This document shows positions 48,301-56,869 of a DNA stretch of 64,000 nucleotides, in pieces. The stretch lies in NCBI GenBank assembly GCA_964019425.1, contig OZ025791.1, forward strand, positions 930,001 through 994,000, in the 5' to 3' direction. The notes below the pieces were generated by a model. The model was not told where the DNA came from. It was given only the letters and a program-made list of their open reading frames with translations, and searched no databases. A program made the position numbers and the translations under genes. Source of the DNA: Flectonema sp. DT1601. Lineage: Eukaryota. Each line of letters opens with the position of its first letter. The first letter of the stretch is position 1.

Positions 48301-48379
48301 GAAGCCGCAAGAAGATTTAACAGAAGAAGAAGAGATAGCGTTGGCCCTAAAGTTGTCGATGGCAAACGAGCAAACTTAA
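45323..48379 (+). CDS. Calpain-family (SOL/calpain-15-like) cysteine protease with Ubl, UIMs and zinc-finger insert
   Basis: N-terminal Ubl (RLIFMGKSLSD..I..LGI), YVDPQFPP, QGSLGNCW, LVEKASAKLFGSY, HAYGVL, RNPWG, FWIEFSD, and five E..L..A..(M/L)S UIM-like motifs. Confidence 0.9.
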   Translation: MITLKVRIDKSKHTIDCDESDNIMTVKAKIETKTGEQVKKRRLIFMGKSLSDSDKISELGIKNGSILMVTGCENEANAIEIPDPPKKTTGASTSEIHINPNTDVDIIPTNDEIDAELAEAIRMSTEATQQEDADIDSELAAAIELSNETAAQISEETKPTEDYKEDIDFERFNSDNVVIDTDTTEEINKYYSEFNRYVDPQFPPLPKSLYVDPKDAERWVCAKCSGQNLLPPVFQPPTTEAEATRIQAGLDNIRCKVCEVGKPTHVQMVNITNRPSEWLRPGTSCEGCEMIIQAQGIRDVVGVVSRNCTHYIRDDVTNNTVGMQWKVIRQEPRPEDVLQGSLGNCWFGGALGCIAQRTHLVEKLFITKEYNPVGAYVLQLHYAGSWKNMLIDDTFPCSKSWEGRIENNGNTIYFSRGGTLCYAKVRRHQLWVPLVEKASAKLFGSYGALKGGTLGEAMQLMTGYPCEPIPLQLPQHLKERAEKIKQYRTQLLLEGKNPDVELGDVEDYEEDTEEDIIWFKILSAKEAGFIIGVSCACDESEKTRYNEELGLQSPHAYGVLDVREVSYQGKTVRLLQIRNPWGENSVNTWKGNWGKTWPGWTRELKLELGVVNKGNVKMYDEMSIFWIEFSDLKKYFRMVDICRTHPPHWSRVSETGWLPSELGPGQAFEITVYKRTNVDLICWQEKHITRESDTSNIDVGFAVVQLSNVDGSTRCIEFVNPSIQDQCSVEVSLVGGYRYVIVPYSAAMLKAATLGKPLRRVTIVVYSDNHVAIRKIDQSWTDISTSLSRCIAARCKRKRLREDGVFSCTTKSAGGGHLTCVIENSSSSPAVVQVDTNCSNCYTSRFNNSGECVAFIPPKTEAVVMSLAISRQGSYSFQTALLPVESADFAEPATDLHQHVEFLTSSEMVAAVGEPSSEILSFPDANPELFLSAPALPVGEEERTEEELLQEAINMSMDNKVEEDEQLSEEEQLRLALEMSNVEDNIPSAGDTLKPQEDLTEEEEIALALKLSMANEQT

Positions 48380-49362
48380 ATGCCCAACAAATTATTTATA
48401 AAAAAGTGTTCGTTAGTTGTGATAGCTGTTTATTAGTGTCGTTGTATTATATCCACAAATTGGAAAAGGGGAAAACGCGTCTGGACTTTTGAACTAATAA
48501 ATAGAGCCTTTTTTACTACTTTACACTCCCACCGTGCTCAGCAGGAGAGGGAGCGAGGGCCCACCAGGGGCTAGTGCCGAAGAGAATAGGATATATTATT
48601 ATTTATAAATACACTTACGAATGTATAATCAAATCCGAAAATTGAAAAGGAAAGGAAATATAGAAATATTTAAGAAAGTGTTTAGTGTATGCAGCCCCCT
48701 TTTACTTACAATCACAGAGGGTACCGTACAAATTCGATTTTATAATCCAAATCGATAGCTTTAGAATATACCAACCAACAAGGTAGACTGCATTAGCTTG
48801 GATTCTTTAGTAGGTGCTGAGGCCACGTGATGAACAATCAACCAATTTTATTATACGATAAACCAAAATAAAATAAAATAATGTTAATGGAGAAGTCATA
48901 AAAAATGAAGCCTATACATCAGTCGATTGATGTAAGTACGTTAAAAAGTCATTGAAAAACAAGGTTCGTAATAGCAATAACACGCACGCAGACTGACCAC
49001 TTAATGTACACTCCAAAACCAAATTAATGCGGTGTATGCAACTAGCCAGCAGTAAGATCTTCACCAACAAGCATTGAAAAAACGGGGTAATGAAATAAGC
49101 TGGACATTACGTATATATTTGTATACCGTTAATCTTAGGTAGTATGCTTAATGTAATTAGGTATCATTCTTAGACGCCCAACAAATAGAAAGCCTCCGAA
49201 CAACTCGGTAGTTGTAACAAATCTCAAATTAAAACTAAGAAGGATTATAAAGGCTCCCTCTCTTCCCTCCAAAACAACTCAAATAACGAAAAAACCAAAA
49301 CACCAGACTGGATCAAGACAAAGGATTTAGATTATACATATAGACCGAAGAGTAGAGTACCA

Positions 49363-52300
49363 ATGTGGTTTGCACAATGGCTAGAAACTATTCCAAGGTT
49401 TCGAAAAAATTCGAAAAAAGAAGAAAAAAGCAATGGAACTAAAAAGAATGTACCACAAAGAGTCTCCCAAGGAGCAAAAAGGCACAAAAAACCGAATCAA
49501 AAGGCCCATGATCAAAAGAAATCATACGCGGATATTCTTAAAGGCAAACAAACACATGTAGTTCCGCATGGAAACAGGCAACATGTAAACAAACAAGTAG
49601 CAAGTAAGCCACGCATTGTTCCGAATAAGATAAAGGAAAAGCAAGTGACACATCAGAAGGTTATCACAGCACCAATTGTCAAAAGTAAACCGAAGAGTAA
49701 AACTGATAACAATATGATGGTCAGGGCAAAAAATATAAAACCCGGATACGAAAAAAACACAATTAAACGGGGCCGGTCGAACAGACCAGTTAAAGCTACA
49801 GAGAGACAGAAGACGAAGGAACAACCGAAGCCTAAACAAAGGAAAGCTTCGAGTAGAAGTAGATCTAAACCTAAGAATATACAGGTAAAAATGCAACCTA
49901 ATACAAAAGGGAGATTGGATCAAACGAACAAAAATTCTAAAAAGAAGAAAAAGGCAAACGAGTTTCAAATAGTACCCGAAAAGGGGAAGAAAAACAGAAA
50001 ACCAGTAGTTCATCGCAACAATACTGGCTTCCACAGTGCTGTGTTCAATAGATATGAGATCATTGAACGTGGTGCACGTCGATCAAAAGATCACGAAGAA
50101 CAAAGGAGAGAAGCTCTACAAATTTTCAATGTAACCCATAAAAAAACATTGGAAGTAGGGCGAAGACATCGACGTATCAGGGAACCTGTCGACCTTGATT
50201 CGGACGAAACAGGAGTAATCTATGCACTCATAGATGAAAAAGGTTCCGCAAGATATGTCGGACAAACCTCCAACACCGCATCACACAGAGAACGTGGGCA
50301 TTGGTACTCCCGTCACTCAAAGGGAACAACCATCTCCAAGTTCATTAGAAAAAGAGGAAGTCCTCTATTCGCAGCAACACTGGAAAAAGTGAACATCTGC
50401 AGCAGTTTAATGAAAACTGCATTTCGTACAGCAGCAAATCCGGCAGAATCGTTTTGGATACAGCATCTAAATCCACAAACGAATATGTTCAGAATGCCAA
50501 ATAAGGCATATGTCGGAAAGCCACTAAAGACGGGAAGTGAAGTACAAAACCGGAGAATACCGGAAAAACGAGAACCGTCAATCCCAAAAAAGTGGTATCA
50601 TTTGGAAGGAGACACTCTGATAGTAGATACTGAACCAGGTAAATACGTTGGTATCAGAAAACAAATACAGAGCCTGATCGACTTACCAAAGATCAATGAG
50701 GATGCTATAGCCAAGTGGTCAATTAATAGAACTCAAAGGTTGCTAGCATGGATCATCGACCATATCCAAGCGTCTCATCAAGAAATTGATATCATCAGTC
50801 AGATAATCTTAGCACTTAAAGATAGATTATCAGACAAGAAAAAAGATACAGAGACGAAAAGGATATCAAAACTCGGATCAACATGGCTTAAAATTCGGTT
50901 TGTACACCCTTTGATTGAGAAATTGGATCTCAAAAGGGTATTCACATGCAAACAGGCGTTACTCCTCGCCAAAGACCGAGCAGAAATACTTCCGACAATG
51001 AAAGTGTCAAGATACTTGACAACTAAGTTGGAGGATGTGCTATGTGACCGTGCCAATGATAGTTCAACAGACAACGCACAAGAAGAACTATGTGATCCTG
51101 AGACATGTAAATGTCATGTATTCATAAAGAAAGAATACAGAGAAGAAGAAAAACATGTGATCACACACTCATCAAAGCTGAATATATCCAACAGACTTAA
51201 GATGTTATTATCGAGAGGTGCTAGATATAGACTCTTTGAGGATCCGAAAACTGTCACGGAGGAAGTAATGTACGCTATAGATGAATACATCATGCATTAC
51301 TTCCCAGATGAGAAATACGAACCTCTATGTATTTTTTTAAAAAAAGCGGCAAAAAATCAAATCGGAAAGCTACCGCAGATGGATGTTATTGATGAATTCA
51401 AACAAGTACAGAAGGAACTGAAGGAAATTAAAAAACATTTGATTTTTACCAGAATCGACAAAACGACACACGATCTGGCAGTATGTTGTAAGAAATACTA
51501 CAACACAAAACTAAACGAGCACATCGGTAACAGAATTGTGTACGCAGAGGTTCCGAAAGATCAGATAAATCCAACGATGAAAAGGATCGAAGACATCAAC
51601 AAGAAACATGGTTTCAGAAATACGGAAAATTTGCCATATTTATATGGAAATCCGAAGATGCATAAAGACCCTCCGAAGTTTAGATTCATAGCTGGAACTT
51701 CGAACAAAACACTGGATGTCAAATACATCAACTCTAAGGTAATGCCTGCGCCCTTCACAGCCACAACAGACATGTCAAAGGAAATGTCTGGGATACTTAA
51801 GACTTTCATGGAAATAGTTAAAAAAGCTGAAAAAGTGGAATACGAAACAACGAATATAAGAAAGTATTTTATAATTCAGAATGTAGATGAAGTTGCACAG
51901 TACATCAAAAGCAACTACTCAACTCTCCAACAAATGAAGGTAAAGACATATGATTTCTCAGATATGTACACGAACCTCCCCCATGATAAGATTAAAAAAG
52001 TTATCAACGAATTAATCAGCAAGTACATGGACGGGCAGATAATGGTTAGAGACAAAAGAAGTGGAATTGGTAAAGACTTTTACCTTGACAAAAGCTACGA
52101 TAAAGATGTTCAAGTAGCATACGAAGAGAGCAAAGTTAAAGAACTACTCAGCACGATTCTATCTAATGCTTACATTAAGAATGGAGAACTTATGCTCAAA
52201 CAAAGCCATGGTATACCGATGGGTTCTCAATGCTCACCACATATTGCGAACTTATACTGCTTTGGCATTGAAAAACAATGGGTGGAAAACGTCATTTCAC

Positions 52301-55300
52301 AGAAAGGTATTGGGGCAGCGATAAATAACAAAATCATATTCAGATACATTGATGATTTTTTAATTTTCAGCCACAATGACCCAAGCCCACCACCGAGTGA
52401 GATGTATAAAATGTCATATACAGATACATCAATGGGCAACAACGATGTAGTATTCCTTGGGATGAGAATCCGGTTGGAAGAAAGGCCGAGAGGACACCCG
52501 TTCGTACGACTTTCAATATGGGATAAAGAAAATCTGTTTAATTTCCAACCCATTAAGTATACCAGTTCGGAATCCAACGCACCGAAAAGCCTAGGACCAG
52601 GTATTCTAAAAGGTGCCATGTACAGAGCCGCTACTAATATCAATAACGATTTCGACTTATACCTTGAAATTGAGAAAGTGCTATACCGTCTGAGAAGTCG
52701 CGGATACTCGAAAAACAGTCTGTTCCCCCAATATAAAGACTTTGTACTGGGTACATACTGGGATTTCCCAAAACAAAGGGAAAGTCTTCATCATCATTTC
52801 TTTGAAATCAATCGGAAATATGACAACGGAAGACCAGTATCGAAAGAAAAACAGACAATCCAACAACATTATAAAGTCAATGGAAGGGATGACATTTATA
52901 ATATGCTGTTGGACAAGAGAATTGGATATGCGAAATTAAGGAGGAATGACAACACATTGGTGACATCATTTAAAATTGCCAGTCAAGCGATTATTAAAAA
53001 CAAGAAGGAATGTCAGCAATGCAAAGCTATAATCTCTGACGACACTGAATCACTGGTCAATGATATCAACATTAAATATCACACTGGAATATTCAAAACA
53101 GCAAAATTCTACAAGGAATTTAAAGAGATATTGCCTATCAATGTCAGTATCCTTTCATACAAAAAGGGTATAACAACTCGAGTAGTAGTCAACAAAGATA
53201 ACAATCACGAATGTCACATGTTGATCGGATGTACGGAAGGTGGATTTTTCTTTCCAATTACAGCAAGATACACGGAAAAGGAAATTCAAAGTCAGCTACT
53301 CGAAAAGAAGGATCCAGAAAAATCCGATATCGCTGACAACACGTCGAAAGACTTGAAAGTAGTACAAAAGGAGCAGAAGTCAGAAGAGTCTGGAAAAACT
53401 GAAGTACCAAACGATGATTATTGGTCCACCTTCATTGATAATAAATTCCCTATTACGATGCACACGCAACCAGCAGAAGGACTTCGTAGTGGGGAATGTG
53501 GCTGGGCAACTGTTAACTTCATAGCAGATCACCTCAAAACTGAAAGAATCAGAATATCGAAGATGTTTAAGATTCAATTCCGACTCGCAGAGCAAGAGCT
53601 TAAGTTAATTGGAGAGAACTTGATGTTCTCATTTAACCCAGATGGTTGGTTTCATCAGATAGTTATTTATGAAACAATAAGAATATATCTGGGACTAGAA
53701 GTAACACATGTGACAACCCATGAACAGCTGAAAACAATCACAGTAGGTCCAACAGAACAAGAAACTATTGTCATTCCATACATCATAGTGTCACGTAGAG
53801 CAGCCTACACACATTACATCGTCTTTATTGATATAAATTCTAAATACAAGGGATTTGATATAATCAATCCAACTCCAGATTGTAATGGGATAGAAGATAT
53901 CATGACGAAGTATCCGTTGAAGGAATACGAATACCACGTTGTAATGAAAACAACGAAAGATATTCCTCCAATAGACTTGTCTGCACTGGCAATAACAGAG
54001 TCACCAGCAAAGGATAATTCCACAACAAAAACTACAGAAGTGGAAATTAAAAAATTCACGGACGAGGAGGATGTAACAGATCTTGAGACAATGATTTCGG
54101 CAATCGAAAAAGCGGACAAAATGAAGCCCAAATCGACACCGGGAAAAGTCAATAAGATAGAGATAAGGGCCGTATCACCACCAAAGATATGCCAGGATAA
54201 TATACCGACCCTGTACATATCGCCGATGGTGAAGATACCACCATTACCAGTACTACTATCACCAGTGTTACCAAGACCATCAATAATTCCAATGACAATA
54301 CCAATAACGATACCGAAGATAATAAAAATGGAACCTTCGGTAATGCAAAAAATTATATCGCTACCATCAAATAGTTTTCAGAAGACGCTAGTCACTGTAA
54401 ATAATGCACTTACGGTAGCCCCACCAGCAATCCCGACATTGATGCCAGCAACGATTTCAAAGGTATCACAATTGGCACCGCCGACTGTACTTCAAAAGAA
54501 GACACAAGTCATTGCAAATGATGAACTCACACAGGTCCCGCCGATAATTCCAACAATGATACCAACACCAATTACAAATTTATCACAATCGACACCGTCA
54601 ATTGTACTTCAAAAGAATACACAAGTCAGTGCGAGTGATGCACTTACACAGGCCCCGCCGATAATTCCAACGCTGATGCCAGCAAGGATTTCAAAAATAT
54701 CACAATTAGCACCGCCGACTGTAATTCAGAAGAAGACACAAGTTATTGCAAATGAGACACCTACAATGGCCCCACCTGCAATCCCAACGTTGATGCCAGC
54801 AACGATCTCAAAGGTATCACAATTGGAACCTCCAACTGTACATCAAAGTGTGATTCAATCTATGAAAACGATACAATTACCGATTGTATCACCATTGGAT
54901 CTGGATCATAATGATGTGGATATGATCGATATGCCGTCACCAGCAACAGTACAACTGGATACGGACACTGACATGGTAATGGAAACTATGTCACCAGAGA
55001 CGCAGGAATCACCGGAGCATAGATATGCTGGCGTAATGACTCCATCCAAAGACAGGATGGAGTCACCACCAATAACTCCGATTAAGATTAAGACTCCACT
55101 GAAAATAAAGACGCCTCTGAAGATCGAAACTCCGACTAAAATAATTCCACAAACCCAACAAGCATGTTGGGATGGAAAGAACCTCGAATTAATACGAAGT
55201 TTGTCAAAAGAAAGACAGTTGGAGAAAATAGTCACCACATACAGACTAAGATCAACTACACCACAAACAGTAGCCAGGAAGATGGAAACACCACCTACTG

Positions 55301-56010
55301 TAAGCAGTAAAGCCACGAATTCCGGAACAACAATACCGATTACACCACAAAAGGTATCAAGAGTACTAACATACACAGATACAGAGAATATCGGTAAAAC
55401 TTGCAAATATTGCAATAAATCCTGGAAGTCATTTATTGACCATATCAATAAATGTGGAATATTCAGAGCATCAAAAGAATATCCAACATATGTTGATGAA
55501 GATGATAACACTTCATTTACGGTCACTGAATACAAAACGGATCCTCGAAATAGTATTGTAACTGTTACAAAAGATGAGACAGAAACTCATATGTTATCTA
55601 TCAAAAAGAATGGCAAGTTGGCAACACAAACGGTCGCTGATGAACCAGAGAGAAGCAGTAACAAGAGACTGAACTCACAGAGTCCAATGCGAATTGTGAG
55701 AATCAAAAAATACCTGAGCAACCGGAAAAGGCTTAAAAATGAGTGTACTGAACATAAGTTGGCACAGAAAATGAAACTTAAAGAAGTACAAAAACAGAAA
55801 TTAGCAAAGGGAAAGGAAAAGAAGAAACTGAAATTGGTAAAAAGACTCAACTCGCAGAGTCCAATGAGACCGATGCTCAGAAGAAATACTCGAAAGAAAA
55901 GAAGCAAACAAGATGAACATGATTCTTCAGATGATATGAGTATTTCACAGAGATCTTCAACTCCAGATATCCCTGATGCTAAGGAACAATTATCAGACTT
56001 TGATAATTAA
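49363..56010 (+). CDS. PLE polyprotein: basic N-terminus, GIY-YIG endonuclease, Cys/His linker, RT, Josephin-like protease, 39-aa repeats, zinc finger
   Basis: GVIYAL...YVGQT...R...H...E.FWI..L...N (~50212-50485); CDPETCKCH..HVITH; IDKT; YGNPKMHK..KFRFI; YDFSDMYTNLPH; GIPMGSQCSPHIANLY; FRYIDD (52345); FLG. Confidence 0.92.
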   Translation: MWFAQWLETIPRFRKNSKKEEKSNGTKKNVPQRVSQGAKRHKKPNQKAHDQKKSYADILKGKQTHVVPHGNRQHVNKQVASKPRIVPNKIKEKQVTHQKVITAPIVKSKPKSKTDNNMMVRAKNIKPGYEKNTIKRGRSNRPVKATERQKTKEQPKPKQRKASSRSRSKPKNIQVKMQPNTKGRLDQTNKNSKKKKKANEFQIVPEKGKKNRKPVVHRNNTGFHSAVFNRYEIIERGARRSKDHEEQRREALQIFNVTHKKTLEVGRRHRRIREPVDLDSDETGVIYALIDEKGSARYVGQTSNTASHRERGHWYSRHSKGTTISKFIRKRGSPLFAATLEKVNICSSLMKTAFRTAANPAESFWIQHLNPQTNMFRMPNKAYVGKPLKTGSEVQNRRIPEKREPSIPKKWYHLEGDTLIVDTEPGKYVGIRKQIQSLIDLPKINEDAIAKWSINRTQRLLAWIIDHIQASHQEIDIISQIILALKDRLSDKKKDTETKRISKLGSTWLKIRFVHPLIEKLDLKRVFTCKQALLLAKDRAEILPTMKVSRYLTTKLEDVLCDRANDSSTDNAQEELCDPETCKCHVFIKKEYREEEKHVITHSSKLNISNRLKMLLSRGARYRLFEDPKTVTEEVMYAIDEYIMHYFPDEKYEPLCIFLKKAAKNQIGKLPQMDVIDEFKQVQKELKEIKKHLIFTRIDKTTHDLAVCCKKYYNTKLNEHIGNRIVYAEVPKDQINPTMKRIEDINKKHGFRNTENLPYLYGNPKMHKDPPKFRFIAGTSNKTLDVKYINSKVMPAPFTATTDMSKEMSGILKTFMEIVKKAEKVEYETTNIRKYFIIQNVDEVAQYIKSNYSTLQQMKVKTYDFSDMYTNLPHDKIKKVINELISKYMDGQIMVRDKRSGIGKDFYLDKSYDKDVQVAYEESKVKELLSTILSNAYIKNGELMLKQSHGIPMGSQCSPHIANLYCFGIEKQWVENVISQKGIGAAINNKIIFRYIDDFLIFSHNDPSPPPSEMYKMSYTDTSMGNNDVVFLGMRIRLEERPRGHPFVRLSIWDKENLFNFQPIKYTSSESNAPKSLGPGILKGAMYRAATNINNDFDLYLEIEKVLYRLRSRGYSKNSLFPQYKDFVLGTYWDFPKQRESLHHHFFEINRKYDNGRPVSKEKQTIQQHYKVNGRDDIYNMLLDKRIGYAKLRRNDNTLVTSFKIASQAIIKNKKECQQCKAIISDDTESLVNDINIKYHTGIFKTAKFYKEFKEILPINVSILSYKKGITTRVVVNKDNNHECHMLIGCTEGGFFFPITARYTEKEIQSQLLEKKDPEKSDIADNTSKDLKVVQKEQKSEESGKTEVPNDDYWSTFIDNKFPITMHTQPAEGLRSGECGWATVNFIADHLKTERIRISKMFKIQFRLAEQELKLIGENLMFSFNPDGWFHQIVIYETIRIYLGLEVTHVTTHEQLKTITVGPTEQETIVIPYIIVSRRAAYTHYIVFIDINSKYKGFDIINPTPDCNGIEDIMTKYPLKEYEYHVVMKTTKDIPPIDLSALAITESPAKDNSTTKTTEVEIKKFTDEEDVTDLETMISAIEKADKMKPKSTPGKVNKIEIRAVSPPKICQDNIPTLYISPMVKIPPLPVLLSPVLPRPSIIPMTIPITIPKIIKMEPSVMQKIISLPSNSFQKTLVTVNNALTVAPPAIPTLMPATISKVSQLAPPTVLQKKTQVIANDELTQVPPIIPTMIPTPITNLSQSTPSIVLQKNTQVSASDALTQAPPIIPTLMPARISKISQLAPPTVIQKKTQVIANETPTMAPPAIPTLMPATISKVSQLEPPTVHQSVIQSMKTIQLPIVSPLDLDHNDVDMIDMPSPATVQLDTDTDMVMETMSPETQESPEHRYAGVMTPSKDRMESPPITPIKIKTPLKIKTPLKIETPTKIIPQTQQACWDGKNLELIRSLSKERQLEKIVTTYRLRSTTPQTVARKMETPPTVSSKATNSGTTIPITPQKVSRVLTYTDTENIGKTCKYCNKSWKSFIDHINKCGIFRASKEYPTYVDEDDNTSFTVTEYKTDPRNSIVTVTKDETETHMLSIKKNGKLATQTVADEPERSSNKRLNSQSPMRIVRIKKYLSNRKRLKNECTEHKLAQKMKLKEVQKQKLAKGKEKKKLKLVKRLNSQSPMRPMLRRNTRKKRSKQDEHDSSDDMSISQRSSTPDIPDAKEQLSDFDN
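54380..54845 (+). repeat. Four tandem 117-bp (39-aa) coding repeats in the PLE ORF
   Basis: (A/V)PPxIPT(L/M)xP units start at 54418, 54535, 54652 and 54769. Confidence 0.9.
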
Positions 56011-56170
56011 AAACACTTTCTACATTTATTGTAGAAAAGTGCTCCACTAGTAGTGAGCTACGAACTAGTAACAGCAAAAAATATGTTTTTTTTATTTATG
56101 AACATGAAACACAAAGTAACTACATTCCAGTCCTGCAAACTGGAATGACTCAGTCTCAACATTTGACTGA

Positions 56171-56237
56171 CTTACTTCTACACCATACTGATGAGAGAGA
56201 ATAGAGGTAAGAGGTATATGGATTACTCTCGAAACCT
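56171..56237 (+). ncRNA. Hammerhead ribozyme-like motif with non-standard strand order
   Basis: CTGATGA 56188-94 and GAAA 56231-34. Stem II gagag/ctctc, stem III acct/aggt, stem I ccata/tatgg, GUA site at 56214-16, plus an extra 10-bp helix 56171-80/56202-11. Confidence 0.7.
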
Positions 56238-56869
56238 ATAGTTACTTTAATATGCTAAGTTGCGCATCACCCTTAGTCACTGTATTTAAAACTAATGTTA
56301 AATTATCTTTATGTTTTTATGATACAACACAGTTGTAATTTTTACAAAATCGAACATACATCCCCCGTGAGTTTTGCACCAATACTCTTTCCTTCAAGAC
56401 TCGAACTTAATTGCTTTAGGTTAAGGAGTTTTGAATAAAGATTTCTTTATCGTATCGCACTCAATTTATTCACAGGCGGCACTTCACAAGCATGAGGGAA
56501 CTGAATGCTTGGAGTTGTTTTCTTGACAACAGGTGGCTTTGTAAATAGCAATAACACAACACTTTCCTGCTCTATTTTTAACTGAACTGATTACTGCATT
56601 CTTAGGTAGAAAGGGAATTGCTTAGGCTGTTCTGCTAAATAGTTGGCTGGAAAACTTTTGTTGGTTTTAAAAGATGCCGAGTCTCAACTTCATATTCCGA
56701 ATTATTATGAAGCAGATGAACAAGTAGGACTATCGTACAAACTGAAGTCCAACTCGTGTGAAATATGAAGCTACTTGTGGTGAGGGTGCTCATCTAACTT
56801 TCTCCTAACTCAGCTAACAATCTGTGTCTGGACAACATCTCTCTATTATTATCACAGGATCATTACAAA

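Larger units (their letters stand above)
48480..56350 (+). mobile_element. Penelope-like retroelement of the permuted Naiad/Chlamys type (boundaries approximate)
   Basis: Single large ORF with GIY-YIG then PLE-type RT, an A-rich plus strand unlike the flanks, and a structured 3' UTR with a hammerhead core. The 3' end is inferred from where dispersed copies stop (~56345); the 5' end is uncertain. Confidence 0.85.

Noticed and set aside
45323..53910. Functional link between the UIM-bearing calpain and the adjacent Josephin-like domain (ataxin-3-like combination)
   Set aside because: They are separate ORFs, and TE adjacency is most simply a chance insertion.
49522..55907. Minus-strand ORFs within the PLE and other long genes
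   Set aside because: Antisense shadows of + strand coding sequence with no independent motifs.
56011..56170. SECIS element, as reported for some Naiad PLEs
   Set aside because: The ORF has no in-frame TGA and ends in TAA; no clear AUGA/GA SECIS core was found.
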